From: Marsupella aquatica
Lineage: Eukaryota; Plantae; Marchantiophyta
Direction of reading: 5' to 3'
Length of the DNA: 64,000 nt
Assembly: GCA_973895155.1 (NCBI GenBank)
Contig: OZ316896.1
Location: 1,798,001 to 1,862,000, forward strand
A model generated the notes under the pieces. It was given only the letters and a program-made list of their open reading frames with translations. It was not told the DNA's origin and searched no databases. Numbering within the stretch: position 1 is the stretch's first letter; each line of letters starts with the position of its first letter. Positions 1-14,100 of the stretch are shown piece after piece. The position numbers and the translations under genes are program-made.

Positions 1-185
1 GGCTCGTTTTAGTGCACACTCCGTAAGTGAAAATCCTGGCCAATAGCTTGTATTTTGATAGCTTTCCCTGTGGGATGGTGGGGTCTTTTGTTTTGTGTTG
101 AGAGGTAGCCTCACCCGCCATTTCCAGTCTTCATTTATTTATTTTGGCACTAGCTCAATACCCATGCGTTGCACAAAAGAAGTCA

Positions 186-530
186 TGTCGGCCAAGATGT
201 CGTTGAGAAAAAAGATGTCGTGTCGGCCAAGAGGTCATTGAGAGAAAAGATGTCGTGTCGGCCAAGAGGTCGTGGAGAGAAAAGATGTTGTGTTGGCCAA
301 GAGGTCGTGGAGAGAAAAGATGTAGTGTCGGCCAAGAGGTCGTGGAGAGAAAAGATGTTGTGTTGGCCAAGAGGTCGTGGAGAGAAAAGATGTAGTGTCG
401 GCCAAGAGGTCGTGGAGAGAAAAGATGTTGTGTCGGCCAAGAGGTCGCTGAGAAAAAATATGTCATCTTGGCCAAGAAGTCGTTGAGAAAAAAGATGTCA
501 TGTCGGCCAAGATGTCGTGTCGACCAAGAC
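186..530. repeat. 35-bp tandem repeat array (~9-10 copies), degenerating to about 750
   Basis: Unit TGTCGGCCAAGAGGTCGTGGAGAGAAAAGATGTTG recurs at 221, 256, 291, 326, 361, 396 and 431. The repetitive ORFs at 155-577 are a by-product. Confidence 0.95.
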
Positions 531-3500
531 ATCATTGAGGGAAAATACCCGTGCATTGCACAAAAGATATCCTTCAAGTCATTTTGCCAAAGAAGTCATT
601 TTGCCAAAGATGTCATTATGTGAAAGATGTTGATAAGAAAAATATGTCATTTTGCCAAAGATATTGTGAAGTAAAAGATATTATAAAGAAAAAAAAGGTG
701 TCGTTTCATCCAAGTTGTTATTATGTGAAAGATGTTATGAAGTAAAAAGTCAATGAGAGAAGGAGCAAGTTTTTTTCTATGTTTGTTTTTTACCCAAAAT
801 GCCCTTGCATTTGAATGGCGACCACTCTATACATTGGCGCAATGTTATATTATCGGTTTCAGGTTTAAGGTTTTAGGTTTAGCAAAGATGACCATTCTAT
901 CGCTATCTTTTCAATCCCCGTGCATTGCATAAAAGATGTTGTTTGGTTAAAGATGTTGTTGAGAAATAGCTCATGGTGCAAAAGATATCGTTGAATAAAA
1001 AATTGCACAAAACTTTTTGTTGAGTGAAAGATATCATTGTGCAAATACTGGCTACGGCACCCACAAAAGTTCCCTTTTTCCTTTTTCTCCTTGCACAAAA
1101 AATTCTTTGAATAAAAGATGTCATTGCACAAACCACTGGCTATGACAACCACAAAAGTATAACAAAATGAGAGGTGTTTTTCCCCCTTTTTAATCTTTTT
1201 CCTCTTATGTTCCTTTTAAACCTTAACCTCCCCCTTTTCTCCATTTCACCATCACTCCACTCGCTCGCCGCCCCCTCCCTCCCCACCAGTGCGCGACTGG
1301 AGCCCTTCGAGGGGCTGCCCTACATTGCCAGTGCCCCTCGCCCGACACCTTGCCATCAACGCCCGTGTCATGAGTTTCACTATGTCTTTGGGCCTTATTA
1401 CTTTTGTTTTTCGGCATTGAAAATGATAGTGCAAATGACTCTAAAAATCAACACAAATATTGGGAGAAACAATTTTTTATTGATCAAGTGACTAAAATGT
1501 TATTAGCAATTAAACTCCTCTTAACACTATTATACAAAACTATGTTACACATAATATTGAATGTGTAGAATACTTTAAGTATGTACAATACGGATCATGG
1601 AGACCTGGAGGGAGTATCCTCCTTGATCCTCGTGCATTGATTCTCGTGCATTAATTAAAGTCTTTCACTTTTTTGGGGTGTCTCGTGTGATTATTTGGCT
1701 TGTCTTGGACAATGGTGTAACTTTTTGTGTCACACTAAACTCAATTCACACTTTGATTTTATTATTTACATTTGATCACATTTTTTTAATTTTTATGCCC
1801 TGCAAATTTGAACTACGACCACTCTAAAAAGTGGCGCAACCTTGTATTATAGTTTAGGATTGAGTGTCTATTGCTCTAGACAGAGCTCAGGCCTTCACTG
1901 TCTATGACAGGCTGAGAGGGTTGAGTTTTTAGGGCTTCTAGTTAAATATCTCGTTGTGACCCTATTATGCGCTTTACCAGGGAATCTACCAGGCCTTTTG
2001 GGATTTCCTGGGTTTCTCCTTTGTTTTTCCCCCTCTGTTGGGACTTAGGCCTTTGAGATAGTGACTCACAATGAGGGGATCTGTTCCTTTGCAGTCTTAT
2101 ATGTAGGTGCTCCCTTTTTCTGACCATGCTGCACCTTTCTTTAGCATTTTTTATAACTACAAAAGGGGCTCCCCTAAACGACAAATATGTAAGTTTTTAT
2201 TTATATGATTATAACCTTTGGTGGGAGCACAAAATACTATATGTAATTCTTATTGTACTCAAGCTCTATATATAATACAAGTAAGTTGTGACGATACAAT
2301 TTTGAAATTAAGATGGACAATACTGTGCACAATAAGGTTTGGGGCCTTCTGGATTTTGTTGGGACAACTAATTGCTTAGATCTTAGTGTTTGCTGGATTT
2401 CTCGATCCATCTCTTTGGCTGTCATTTGATTGCTTTCACTGTTTCTCCAGTTATTCCTTGGCTTCAAGTGAAAATGTGTTTGGTCTTTGAGTGGTCCTTG
2501 ACACTTTTTTGGTCTGGACAGTTTCTCCCTATTTAATGGGGTTTTACTTTTCTCATAAGTGTTCCTTTCAAGAAAAAGAAGAAAAATATTTGGGGCCATT
2601 TAGGGCCCCCATCACAATACACAACTAACGTTCTGCCACATACGGCATACCAGTTAATGAGTTAATGTTGCAATTATGCAAAGGTCACTGGGGTTTAGAG
2701 TAGTCAACTGTTCTGGTGGGGGCTGTTTAAAGGTGACATGGTTCAGGTGGGGGCTGTTTAAACGTGACATGAGAATCCTACGTGAACATAGATGACAACT
2801 TCACTAATTTGACAAGGGGCAGAGAGAGGATGAATGACTGCTGGTTGTGGCACTCTAGCAGCAAGAAGAATTGTGTGTTAGTTATCTATAAGTACAAATT
2901 CTGAAAATGTGAGCTTTTCACGCAGTGCAAATGACATGTAAGTGCAAGGCCCTGGCTTCTTGCAGGGAGTGTGCACTTAGGAAGGTTAGACTCTAGAGCT
3001 TTCGTAGGGTGTCTCATAAACAAAAAAACTGGCACCTCACGGGAGTCCCATGAGGCAATCAGGAGCTCTGCAACAGGGTACAAACGGGCCATTAGTTTTG
3101 AGGGTACGGACAAGTGAGTGGCCTCATGACACACTGAATGCTATTGTGTTTGCTGTGGAATTGGGGCCTCATACTGTCCCGGGTGTGACTGGTCGGGACT
3201 CATAATCGGTGTTCAACGAATCATAATTGTTGTCCCGAATCACAACAAACCTGGGCACACTCAAAGTTGGCGTATTTGAGACCTTCTACTGCAATCAGTC
3301 GAGTAGTCTACAGTAACATTTTGGACTGTTTGAGTATGAGACTCCAGAGGAAACAAGGAACTCACAGGTCCCGAGGGCATACGATACTTCTATAATTAAT
3401 CTCTTACAAAGGTCGGTATGCATGAGCAAGGTTTGCGCAACATCATCTTTGCTCTCAGTGACTTTAATTTGGATTCGAGATCATAAGGAAATAAGAGCAT

Positions 3501-4197
3501 TGCTGAGACCGAAATCTCGATTGATAGAACCAGAGAAGAAGGTTGATAGCTCGGTGGACCTCGCTCGACTGCGTCTACCAGTACTGTGAAACAACCACAT
3601 AGCTGAATTGCAGTTTGTACAGGAACGGAGGACGGTGCAGAGTCCATCTTACTATTAAAGCGCCAACTCAAGTCTACTTTTAAGAGCCTAGGTCTAGAGT
3701 GAAGCCTCTAGACCGTAACTCTATGGCCATCATGTGCATGGGAGAAACTCATGACATGATGTATGTACATACCAGTTTTCCTTGATAATTTCTATATGCA
3801 CTATGGCCCCACCACAACATATGTGCATTAAAAAATACTCATGTGCACATAAAGGAGAAGGGTATATTATATATGACTATTAAAATGATGAATTTTTTTT
3901 ATCATTTCATTGACCTTCAAAGAATATGGATAGAAAATATATTTTGATAATTTTTTATTGTACTCTCTGCTATTTACGTTCAAAGAACGGGTAGTCGGGG
4001 CTAGTGTGTGTCAATGACGACAAGGAAAAATGCTCCCGATGCCAACACGAACTCGATGAGGTTCAGGTGTATACTATGTATAGGCATCAAATCTTAACTT
4101 CAGTGTTCTCTTTTGTATTCCTTTGTCAAGATCACATATCTTCCCTTTCTGGGATAAGGGAGAATTACACTATTTACAGTACTGCTCCATGTCTTAG

Positions 4198-4554
4198 GTT
4201 TAAACTCCCTATTGCCTCACTAATAGAGGCAATAGGCGTGTCAAAGTAGGGTCCTAATTGAGTTACTGCTAAGGACATAAAATGCTTTTATGACTGGGAC
4301 AAGAATGTTCCCAGATAAGGATGGTATGTCCAAACAGTTTCAGCCAGCTAAGGACATAAAATTCTTTTATGACCGGGACAAGAATATTCTCCACAAGGAT
4401 GCTATGTCCAAACAGTTTCAGCCATAAGACCTTAAAGCAATGCTCTCACACGCCCTAGTAGGGAGTTCTGGAAACTCAGAAAATAAATTGTTTTGAGTTA
4501 TACCCGTTTCTTAGATCAAGTGGCTGTATTAGCAAGGCAATAGGGAGTTTAAAC
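4198..4554. mobile_element. MITE-like element with ~28-bp terminal inverted repeats and an internal 79-bp tandem duplication
   Basis: GTTTAAACTCCCTATTGCCTCACTAATA (4198-4225) pairs with TATTAGCAAGGCAATAGGGAGTTTAAAC (4527-4554) with 2 mismatches. Internal repeat copies start at 4268 and 4347. No clear TSD. Confidence 0.55.
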
Positions 4555-4970
4555 AATTACTGTAGTACTCTTATGTTAATTTGTTCCAAAGGGACCTGTC
4601 GGACACTTAACAAACCACTTTTTGATATTTTACAACTTTAAACTTGGACGAGCCCTTGAAGTCATTGGGTGGACACTCCAACTTGTTCTGCAGATGGGTG
4701 CCCACAAACAGTCATCTTTTTATTGCAAACTCGTTCCGTGTGCTCTCTATGGTTTAGGTAGATCATGGTACTACCTCAAGGAGAAGAAGACTAGGTAACA
4801 ACCTGCCACACCACTACTGGAATATGCTTACCATGATGACTCAAATTTATCCAGCTTGAGATTTACTGCCAGGACTTGAAACAAACCTTTTCTGTTACAT
4901 GATCACCCATATGGTTGTCCGTATGGAAGAATTGTATACCACACTCATATGTAATGTTTACGTCTATTTG

Positions 4971-5081
4971 GCGGGCTTGGACCAGTGTTTCTACTAGATG
5001 ACAAACAAACAGAACATTAATCATCTATATAGCGGGCTTGGACCAGTGTTTCTACTAGACGACAAACAGTTAGAACATTAA
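4971..5081. repeat. 61-bp tandem duplication downstream of NAGS
   Basis: GCGGGCTTGGACCAGTGTTTCTACTAGA occurs at 4971 and 5032. Confidence 0.85.
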
Positions 5082-5645
5082 AATTGGGTAACTGTTATTG
5101 GATTTGGCTTCTCATGAAATCATCCTTTGCAGCTTCGTGCCTAGTGTCACCTTGAAGGAAGAGTGTTCAGTTTCTAAGGGTGTCTTTGAGAGAGTTACAC
5201 ATTCATACCTCTTTGGAGAGCCCACCACTAATTTCCACCTTGTTGGGTTCTCTTCGATCTTTTGTCTGATCAGATTCTAAATTGTTCAAGTTCAACTAAA
5301 GTTGAAAGACACTTGTTCCATTCATTCCAGAATGATCCACAGCATCTGTCTAGTATTCAGCATCCCTTTCACGCACCTAAGTAATAGATTCTACAAATGG
5401 CACAGATCTTCTGCTCGTGATTTTCGAGATAAAAATATACGAAGCTCTCAATTAACCATTCTTAAAACTTCCTTGACCGCTTACAATGGAGTGCAAAGGT
5501 AGAAATATCCCATGAAATCGTGCTGCTTGTCCGTCGGACAAGATCTAATATTTCAGACTTTAGTCCCAAATGCTTTGCACCAATCAGAACAAATCTTGCA
5601 TGGTTAATGCAGGCACATGACTGAAGCATACAAGTTGCATTTCGC

Positions 5646-8600
5646 TCATCTTCTTGGCGCCCGGTAGTCTGGACTAGCATCGAGAAGCTTTTCATAGTAT
5701 TTGGCTCCACGGGAGTAATCTATTTTCTGTTGTCGTACCCTTGGTATACTGTCAACAGTACACCCTGCAAACCCGTGGTGGACAAACCTGTATGTCAGGA
5801 CAGATCACAAATGAGAAATTAATTTTATCAGGTTTTATCTTGAAAAAGGCAGGTACATATTCATTCTCGTGGTAAAGTCAGCAAGAGTCGTTTGATAAGA
5901 AGCAGTTACAATAACTTTTGGATTTCCAAATGAAGGAATTTGGCTAGCTGTCGATAGAACCATTCTAAATGAAGGAATTTAGCTAGCTGTCGAAGGTTGG
6001 GACAGGAGGCAACCACTTTCTCAAACATATACATAAGATCTCCCACAGCCGTGCTACGATGTAATCTCATTGGATTATACTTTCCAATCGCGGGTCGCGA
6101 AGACATCAACTCCAACAGTGTTTCCACAGCAAACCAATTACCAGTCAGCAGTTCGAGTTGTCAGAAGGAATAGTCGTTCCAGCTTCATTCCAACAGCCCT
6201 CTTCTCAATGTAATCTGTGCACATGTATACAAGTTCAAGGAACCTTAACAAAGACAATTCACACAAGACTCGCTCGCCAATGAAATAAACAGATACCGCG
6301 ACTAGCACTAAACGGCCAGAACTGGAGAGATCCTAGCATCTAACACTTCGATAAAAGAAACTCAGCTCACGTACACATCGTCCGGTGGATGGAATAAATA
6401 AATTAGGTGAACAGGGATAGCTTTCCGGATAACCTTGAGCTCGTACGGCTTTTAATAATTCTTTCTAGTCTAATGGAGAATGAACTTGCATCAATTACAT
6501 CGAGCGAAACAACAAAAAATGTTTGATAATCCCACTTGAGCATGAACCTCACTTGAAGACGTTAGCTAGACGTAAACTAGACAGCAGGGAAGAGCAACGA
6601 ACCTAACAATGAATCTCCTTGCCCATTGCCTCGGCACTCAGGTGAAACGGCAAAAGCGGCCACTTCCCCACACTTATCATCAGGGTATGGAATCAATGCA
6701 GCACATGCTATAATAGAACTATCCCTCTCTACAACTATGTAGGTCTGAAACTCCTGCTCAAGCTGCAAAAGTCGCAAACGCAACGGCAAAAGTCATATGC
6801 GGCTTTACAGTTGAAACTCGTGTCCAACAGCCTACGGAAAAATGGAGTAGATACGGAATAGGCGGTCAACACCATAATTTGGCCAGGAGATCTACAGAGG
6901 TTTTCAAATAGTACCTGTTCGCGAGGCCTATTTACTAACACCCCACTTTCCTCCAAGGGTCGCAGCAGCTCCATTATGGATTGGATATCCCCAGAAGTAG
7001 CCATACGAGTGCCTTCATACATGTCACTGTTTCAGAACAAAAGGGAACAATAGGTCAGTTCGACAAACACTATTGCCGTAAGCTCATGTAGTATAATGAC
7101 AGAGAGCAGTCAGCAAAGCCATTGAAGTGATGTATCAGTCAAAGGTATTTAAATGCAAGGCAACTTACATGCGAGTCATAAAGCTAGTTTATTTCTCCGT
7201 GTAATAGCTATATGTTAAAACAGGAGATGAAAGAGAAGAGCCGATGAACTTGCAAATGACTAGTGGGGATAGCTGTAGAATCCTAGAAGAACTGTCTGCT
7301 TATTCGAGTGTATGCTTGTTCAATACGGTGGGTAAAAATAGATATATTATGACCATTGCCAAACAGTTTTCAACAACGAAGGTGGAGAGGCTTTACCTAG
7401 AAACCATCATCCCGACTCCATCACGAGTGTACAGCTCCAGAAGAAGAACTCCTTCGACATTGCTATCCAATAAGTGCACCCGCCTGACTCCATTCTACAC
7501 ATTCTCAATCCACAGTCCGACAACGCTTCAAATGACAAAAGACACATCTCTATGGTAGAGAAATGACATACCAAATCCAAATTTTGATTGTCGTTCGACA
7601 GCATTCAGACACACTTCTAGAGAATACAAAGGCTTAGGATAATTAACACCGTTATAAAACATTTCTTACATACTCCACCTTCAGGGGTACTCACCAATTG
7701 TTTATAGGTCTACGATTTGAAAAGTGAAGCTACTTTTCAAGGGTGTAAGCAAGGAAAGACTCGCTAAACGACCCCAAAGCCTGTGGAAAATCGTCATCTA
7801 AGTAGTGATTTAAAATAAACAAGTATTTTGAATACAAGGTCGAAAGATGAAGCCTTCACTAACTTCATGGCAAAATGACTGTAACTAGATATCAATAATC
7901 TACACTGATGGACAACGGGCACGTAACATTTTTGCCAGTCTCAACTGGATGGTGTCTCTATACTGTTAGAACGCTAAATCAAATCAAGATACTTACTCGG
8001 CAGACGAAAACTGCGGCTGTCAGTTCTGATAGGTAGCTATTCATCCGGCTTAGTCTCTCGTTGCCACCAACTGCAAACCCAGCACCATTCATTTTCTGAC
8101 TAATCTTCGAATTTAGAGCAGCGCCATCTGTTCCAATATTTCTGTATGAATCATGAGTCGCTCCATTTGTATAATCTCCACTTTTGCCACGACTTTGGCT
8201 CTGAAGAAAGCTTGGCCGCGCAACCAATTTCACATAATCTGCAGCAGCCGAGCTTTGAGCAGCACATCCTCGTATATGCCTATCAGCCTCCTGGAGTGTC
8301 ATGAAGCGAATTACTCGTTGATCCTCGTCCAGAACAGGCCCATCAAGAAGGCACAACATCTTGTCTGCTTGGAGCGCAATTGCACAGGCGGTAGCAACTT
8401 CGTATGTACTGCACCATCCATGGAAAAGAGTTTACCCAGCATACAAACAAGTTTCCCGGATTGTTCAACTACTGTACTACGAATTTCAGATATGAGTAAG
8501 CGGGAAGGTCCTCCGTAGAGAAAGGAAAATCCCTTAACCTACTTACTTGCAGTTCAAGACCTCCCCAGATGAAGAGTAGCCAAGGTTGGTTAGCATGACA

Positions 8601-10446
8601 ATGCAATTATTGTCAAGCCTCTCTTGGATACGAGCAACGTCGATTCTTTTCACCTCACCAGTTGCACCAAAGTCAACCCCGTTAACTACTCCACGCCTCT
8701 GCAGGAACATGATTATCACGACAGACTTCTGCCAATCAGGATCCCAGTCTATCCTTAACTCCAGCCATCCATCTGAGAGAAAAGCACACCCGACACGACT
8801 ACCGATAGTGAACCTACAGTCGAATTTAAGAGTCGCAATGGTTACAGGGCAAGGGCAAAGGACAAAGGACGCATGAGAACTTTATAGCAGAGAGCTGGCA
8901 ACTATAGAGAACACAACCCTAATACTTTCCTAAATCTGCATAAGAAGCTGCACGTTGGTGCCATCATGAGATACGGAATGTGACATCTATCAGGTCTATT
9001 TGCGTCTTCACCTTGGCGGCAAGGAAATTACCGCTGGCTATAGAAACTTCGTGCCAACGATCATTGTCTCCATGTCGACGAAGAATTGGAATAGATGGGC
9101 CACGTGAAAGCTTTGCTTCGATTGCCACCCGAACCCTTCCAGCAGCTTCCATAGAGGCTGCCAAAGCCTCTGCATCAGTTACACGATATGCTCCCGAATA
9201 CCGTGGCTTATGACCTGAATCAGCATTCTTGCGCTCAGTAATGTGTCCCAAACGGAGCGATCGACTCACTTAGATGAATGTGAACCCCACAGACCTAGAT
9301 GAGTATAATGACCTTCCAGAAGTATGATGTGTAACCCACCTGCGCAGTGCCTCGAAATATACTTGAGAAATCAACCAACGTTTGACAAAAATGGTCCAGA
9401 AATTTGAACAATTTTGGTGCCAGCATTTATGCGAATCCTGAATTGGTTCGACTCATGGTCTTTCGACAGTTCTAAATACTTAACGGCTCCTGCGAAGTTA
9501 ACCATTAATTCGGCAGGGCAGGGGCAACTCAATGCCTTCCCTACTAGCGACGACAAAAGAAAGTGGATGTGGATTGGCACCTCTCTCTCTCAGAAGTTGA
9601 TCTATCTGGATATGGGTTCCTGGAATTATCACGAGGTTAACACCCAAGCCATGCAGAAGAAGGACGTCCTGCAGCCCAGATCATAGTTTGTGCAATCAGG
9701 AACTTGTTCGATAAGAATACAACCATTGAACTTGCATGTCTCAACGAAGGAGGCGAAAAATATGACAGGAAGGAGTGGCTTATGCACCAGAAGACATATA
9801 AAATGAACACAAAAGAGGGAGACAAGGCCCAGGAAAACCTCTGCGTTTGCAATTGATGCAAGAAAAGGACATATATGTTGCACCTGAAGAAGGTGGGTCC
9901 TGGATCTACCTGGAGAATGCCGTCCATCTTTTGGCTATCCACAGTGACCTCGCCAGGAAGCACAATGACAAATGTACTGGACCTATGTCCTTGAATATAC
10001 GGCGAGCCCTCTCTAAACCAGTGCACAAATTGCGTCGCCATGAGCTGTTCATCCTTCACCAGTACCTCTTCCTCTTGATGATTCTGTTGCCTGCTGCTGC
10101 TCGAAACACTTCCCACACAATTCAAGGTGTGCTGCAGCTCAAACTTTTTCCTGTCTCGAGCGCCCAGAGAGGAGTACCTACGTCGGTGAGTGGGGATGGA
10201 AGATGGAGGAGCGACGGGATGCCGAGACTGCCATTCTCCGCCCCGCAGCGAACCGAATGTAAATTCAGCAGTGGCATCGCCGTCGCGGACGCTGCTGGAC
10301 AGAGAGGAGGAATGGCAGCTCTTATTCGCCTTGAGCTTCAACCCTCTGCCACTATTCCGCTGGGTGGGAGTGAAGAAGCTCCCGACCGACTTGCCACTAC
10401 CACAGATCACTACCGAACAACCGCAGTGCATCATCGCCTCCATCAT
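5646..10446 (-). CDS. NAGS: N-acetylglutamate synthase (amino-acid acetyltransferase), plastid-type, 658 aa. Exons: 10446-9910, 9668-9581, 9214-9012, 8698-8547, 8408-7997, 7494-7397, 7026-6915, 6762-6603, 6214-6142, 5787-5646
   Basis: Motifs FVHWFREGSPYIQGHR, GNFLAAKRRGVVNGVDFGATGEV, LGYSSSGEVLNCNTYEVATACA, LLLELYTRDGVG, and GNAT GEVAAFAVSPECRGNGQG and LFLLTTRTADW. All introns are GT-AG with compatible phases, and exons sum to 1977 nt. The Ser/Arg-rich N-terminus resembles a transit peptide. Confidence 0.95.
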
Positions 10447-10873
10447 TCTCAGTCACAGTTAATTCCGCACACTGCAGAGCATTCCAACAAAACCTAATCT
10501 CCGCTCCAAAGGAAGTCCGCAACAACAACGGCCTGGGTAGGAAAATTCTGGCAGCAGAAAAAGCCCAGAATCCATCGCACTCTCCTCACAGCGGCCCTTC
10601 TGCCTGCATTGCCCGAACAATCTGGGTCTCCACTCTTTGACTCATTGCTGAACCTGAACGTTCATTCCAGTTTTTCAAACCCACTTCCCCTTCGACCAGC
10701 CCGTCATATCCAATTACTCCTCGTGGAAGAGATAGTCCTTCGCGCCTGTTTCCAGTGAAGCAAAATCAGGGGCCGTTCTCGATTTTTATAGAGCTCTCCC
10801 AGAGTCCCAGCTGCGTCTCGACGAATCTCTCTACGGAGATGGCTGACAGGCGGGCGCAGGAGGTAATAATGAT

Positions 10874-11007
10874 GCTGTAATAATGATACTGACGCCACGG
10901 GCGGATGCAAATTAATGGGGATGAAACAAAATAAAGAGCATCTGCTGTAATAATGATACTGACGCCAAGGGCGGATGCGAATTAATGGGGACGAAAGAAA
11001 ATAAAGA
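10874..11007. repeat. 70-bp tandem duplication upstream of NAGS, each copy with a TGACG motif
   Basis: GCTGTAATAATGATACTGACGCCA..GGCGGATGC.AATTAATGGGGA occurs at 10874 and 10944. Confidence 0.85.
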
Positions 11008-11106
11008 ACATCAGAATTTATAATCAGTAAAAATAAAGTACAAGGAAAGGAAAGGAAAATAGTTACAAAGAGCACAAAAAATTTACCAGGCAAAATTAAA
11101 AAAGAG

Positions 11107-14100
11107 TGTCAAACATAACTTGAGTGCAAACTCAATGACTATTGTAGTGTTTACATTGAATATGTGATAAAAACTAATGGGTCATAACCAATGTCCTAAT
11201 TAACTAAGCAAGTGAGACAAGAATGTTCTCTAGGGGGACTAGCATCTGCAGGGGCACAATGGCGCCCACTATGAGGGATCGATGATAAATGGCTCAAGCT
11301 TGGGCACATTGTAAGATCACTGAAATGCGCTGACGAAAGTGTGTCGCCAAGATGAATAGTGGGGGTCCGGATGAACGTACCCATCTGTTCGTGAATATCA
11401 CAAGCAGCCCGTCAAAGAAACCCATCAAACTAATGATGAAGACGCCCAAAGATCTCAATTGCGAGGGGGAAAAAGGTATCCAATGACACTCAAGCGTCAT
11501 ATTTTGCCTCCTTTGTCAAGGCCACTGTCATGAGGTTTCCATCCTAAGGGAGGAATCCTCATGTTTTGTGAAGGAAGTTGAAACCATTTTTGCTTCTAAC
11601 TTGGGCAAGTTGACTTGACTTGAGGTAACTTGACCAAGGTGAAAAAGGAAGTAGGGTTATGAGGGTCAAGGTAGGCAGGAGGTCGAGCCTACCTACCCTT
11701 GTTACTATTGTGGGGTATGATTTTCATTTGTGACCAGCGGTTAAGTTGTCATTTGGCGGATCGGCGGAATGGAGGTTGCTTGCTCAACAAGCAATGTATT
11801 TAGGGTTTTGGCGACATGGTGACCAGGTTCATTGAATTTATGGAGGAGGTGACCAAATTCAAGGCATGTAGGAGGGTTGGGTCCAAGTGCATCAATTTTG
11901 TGAGATATGGACCAGATTCAGAGTTTTGTGTTAAATGGATGGTTTGGATTGAAGGAGGAGATGTGAGTTAGGGCTTGGTGGAGGTCGTGGCTTTTTTAAA
12001 AAGGTTGAAGCTCTTTTGGTTTGGAAGTTACTAAGGAGGGGTTTTTTGGCTCATTTCTGGCCGTTTGATCTAATTGGTGTGAGATCTAGGGTTGTGATTC
12101 AACGAGGACTAAAACCATAAGTGGAGGAGCTTGTGGGTGCCCTGGGCCTTCCCACGTGGGTACTAAAGGAGGAAGTTCAAGTGGCCAAGGGTTCAGAAGT
12201 TAGATGCTACTACAGTGCTGCCGTTTTGCCATTTTGGAGTGTTAAATCCCATTTCGAGTTGTAGGAGCAAACCTCTAGAGGGGAGCTCGAGGATGAGGCA
12301 TGTGTAAGGGAGGAGCCCTCCTCCTTGGTCGTGGCCTTAGGTTCTTGAGGGTATGAGATGTAGAACTCAATTTTAGATGGAGAAGAGAGAGGTGACACTT
12401 GGAATGTTGCCACATTTCACTTATGACAATTTTTTTTAGGGATTTTGAGGGAAGTTTCCAATGTAGGAGAGGCTGATTCGAAGCCTTAGAAAGGAGGTAG
12501 ACCATGAGTAGGAAGCTTAAGGAGCATGCATGAGAGATTGCCCACAAAAACACATACTCGAATGTAAGCTCTTGGCTCCAAGTTTTGAAGAGCTTGAAGT
12601 AGTAGGGCTGATTCAAAGCCTTAGTAGTGATATGTAACAAAATTTTCCTGAGCTTGTGTGTGTTGCATGAGAGATGGCTCATTAAGAAGGCCTACTCAAG
12701 TGCAAACACCATAGCTTGGGAGTTTTGAAGGAGGATGGTAGGTGTAAGGGAGTAGGAAGGGAGACAAAGCTATTTTGAAGCCTTGAGATGGTTATGGTGG
12801 TAGTTTGGAGGCTAGGTAAGGTCTTACTTGGTGTTTGAGCTTGTTTGGTTCATCTTTGCTAGGAGGGTCTTGCTTGAGACCCATATTTTGACTTAGAAAA
12901 GGTCATGATGTCTTTCATGTGCCTTTTGCCATGCATTTAGAGGAGTGGACTCCTTGGTTTTTGAAAGATGATGTAGGAGGATTGTTCTGGCTATGAATGA
13001 AGGATGAATGGATTATTTGTGAAAGCTATGTGATATAATGGGTGTTTTGATGATGTTTGAAGTCATTTTCAAAAGTAGAATGGTGAAGGCATTTTCAGAA
13101 GTAAGGTGCTTGAGTTGGAAGGACTCTTTTGAATGGGAAAGTAGCTTATGATTGCTTATAGCTTGTGGGGTTGCTAGAGTGATGAGTTTAAGGTTGCTTG
13201 ATGTTTGTTAAGGAGTTTGTTGACCAAACCAAGGCAACCATGAGCAAAGTCGAAAGTATGTTGATGCTTAGGATGTTGAAAGCTATGAAAGTTTATTCTC
13301 ACAATTGGTTATTTTTTCATGCAACCATGCACCAAGTGTGTCCTTGAGCCTCTTTTCCCATGGACCTCTTTGCTTATCCTCAGGACAAGTTGGCAACCAT
13401 ACTGGGGATATAGGTCTTGAGGCTTGAGATGGTAGCTATATTGTGAATTCCACTAACCATTATGTTAACAAGTTGCTAATCCTAAGGTGGGATCCCTAAG
13501 CTTGTATGCACTTTTATTAAGATTTAGAAGTTGGAATGATTGAACTATGAATAGATTTGTCTTGCTTGCCATTGGATGTTTCATTTGCCTTGACAACAAA
13601 CAAGGGTGACCCTGAACTTGACCACAAACAAATGTAAACCTGAACTTGTGCGCCTTCATTGGTAACAAGGGATTGTGAGCAATCAAGTACTGGAAAAGGG
13701 ATGGTGATCAATCAAACGTTGGACTTGGGCTTGTGGGCATTCCATTGGGAAACTTGAACTAGATATTTTGGTATGAGAGAAGAGGTTGTATGTATTACTC
13801 CTTGATTGTGAAGTCTGGCCGATGGCTTTCAAGTATGCAGTTGAACTTGGCCTCCCTTTGGGTTGCATGTTCCATCATTATTATGGTATTTGGAGTAATC
13901 TGAGCTAGGATTGAGCATATTAAGGAATAACTTGTTCATTGAGTGTATGTAAAAATTCTCTTTGTTTGATGAATTCTTGGTTGAGATATCCATGAGAAGA
14001 TGCAGGTTCAAAAGTGGGACAAAATGGAGGCCAGAGTCAGGTATGAGGTCTTATTTTTGCCCTAACTATTGTTATTTTGAATTTTGATTTATGACTATGG

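Noticed and set aside
186-530. CRISPR-like array
   Set aside because: Units are head-to-tail with no unique spacers, the context is eukaryotic, and there are no cas genes.
855-882. Telomere-like GGTTTCAGGTTTAAGGTTTTAGGTTTAG
   Set aside because: Only four degenerate units, too short to call an interstitial telomeric array.
9847-10497. 216-aa plus-strand ORF
   Set aside because: Antisense shadow of NAGS exon 1 with no recognisable motifs.
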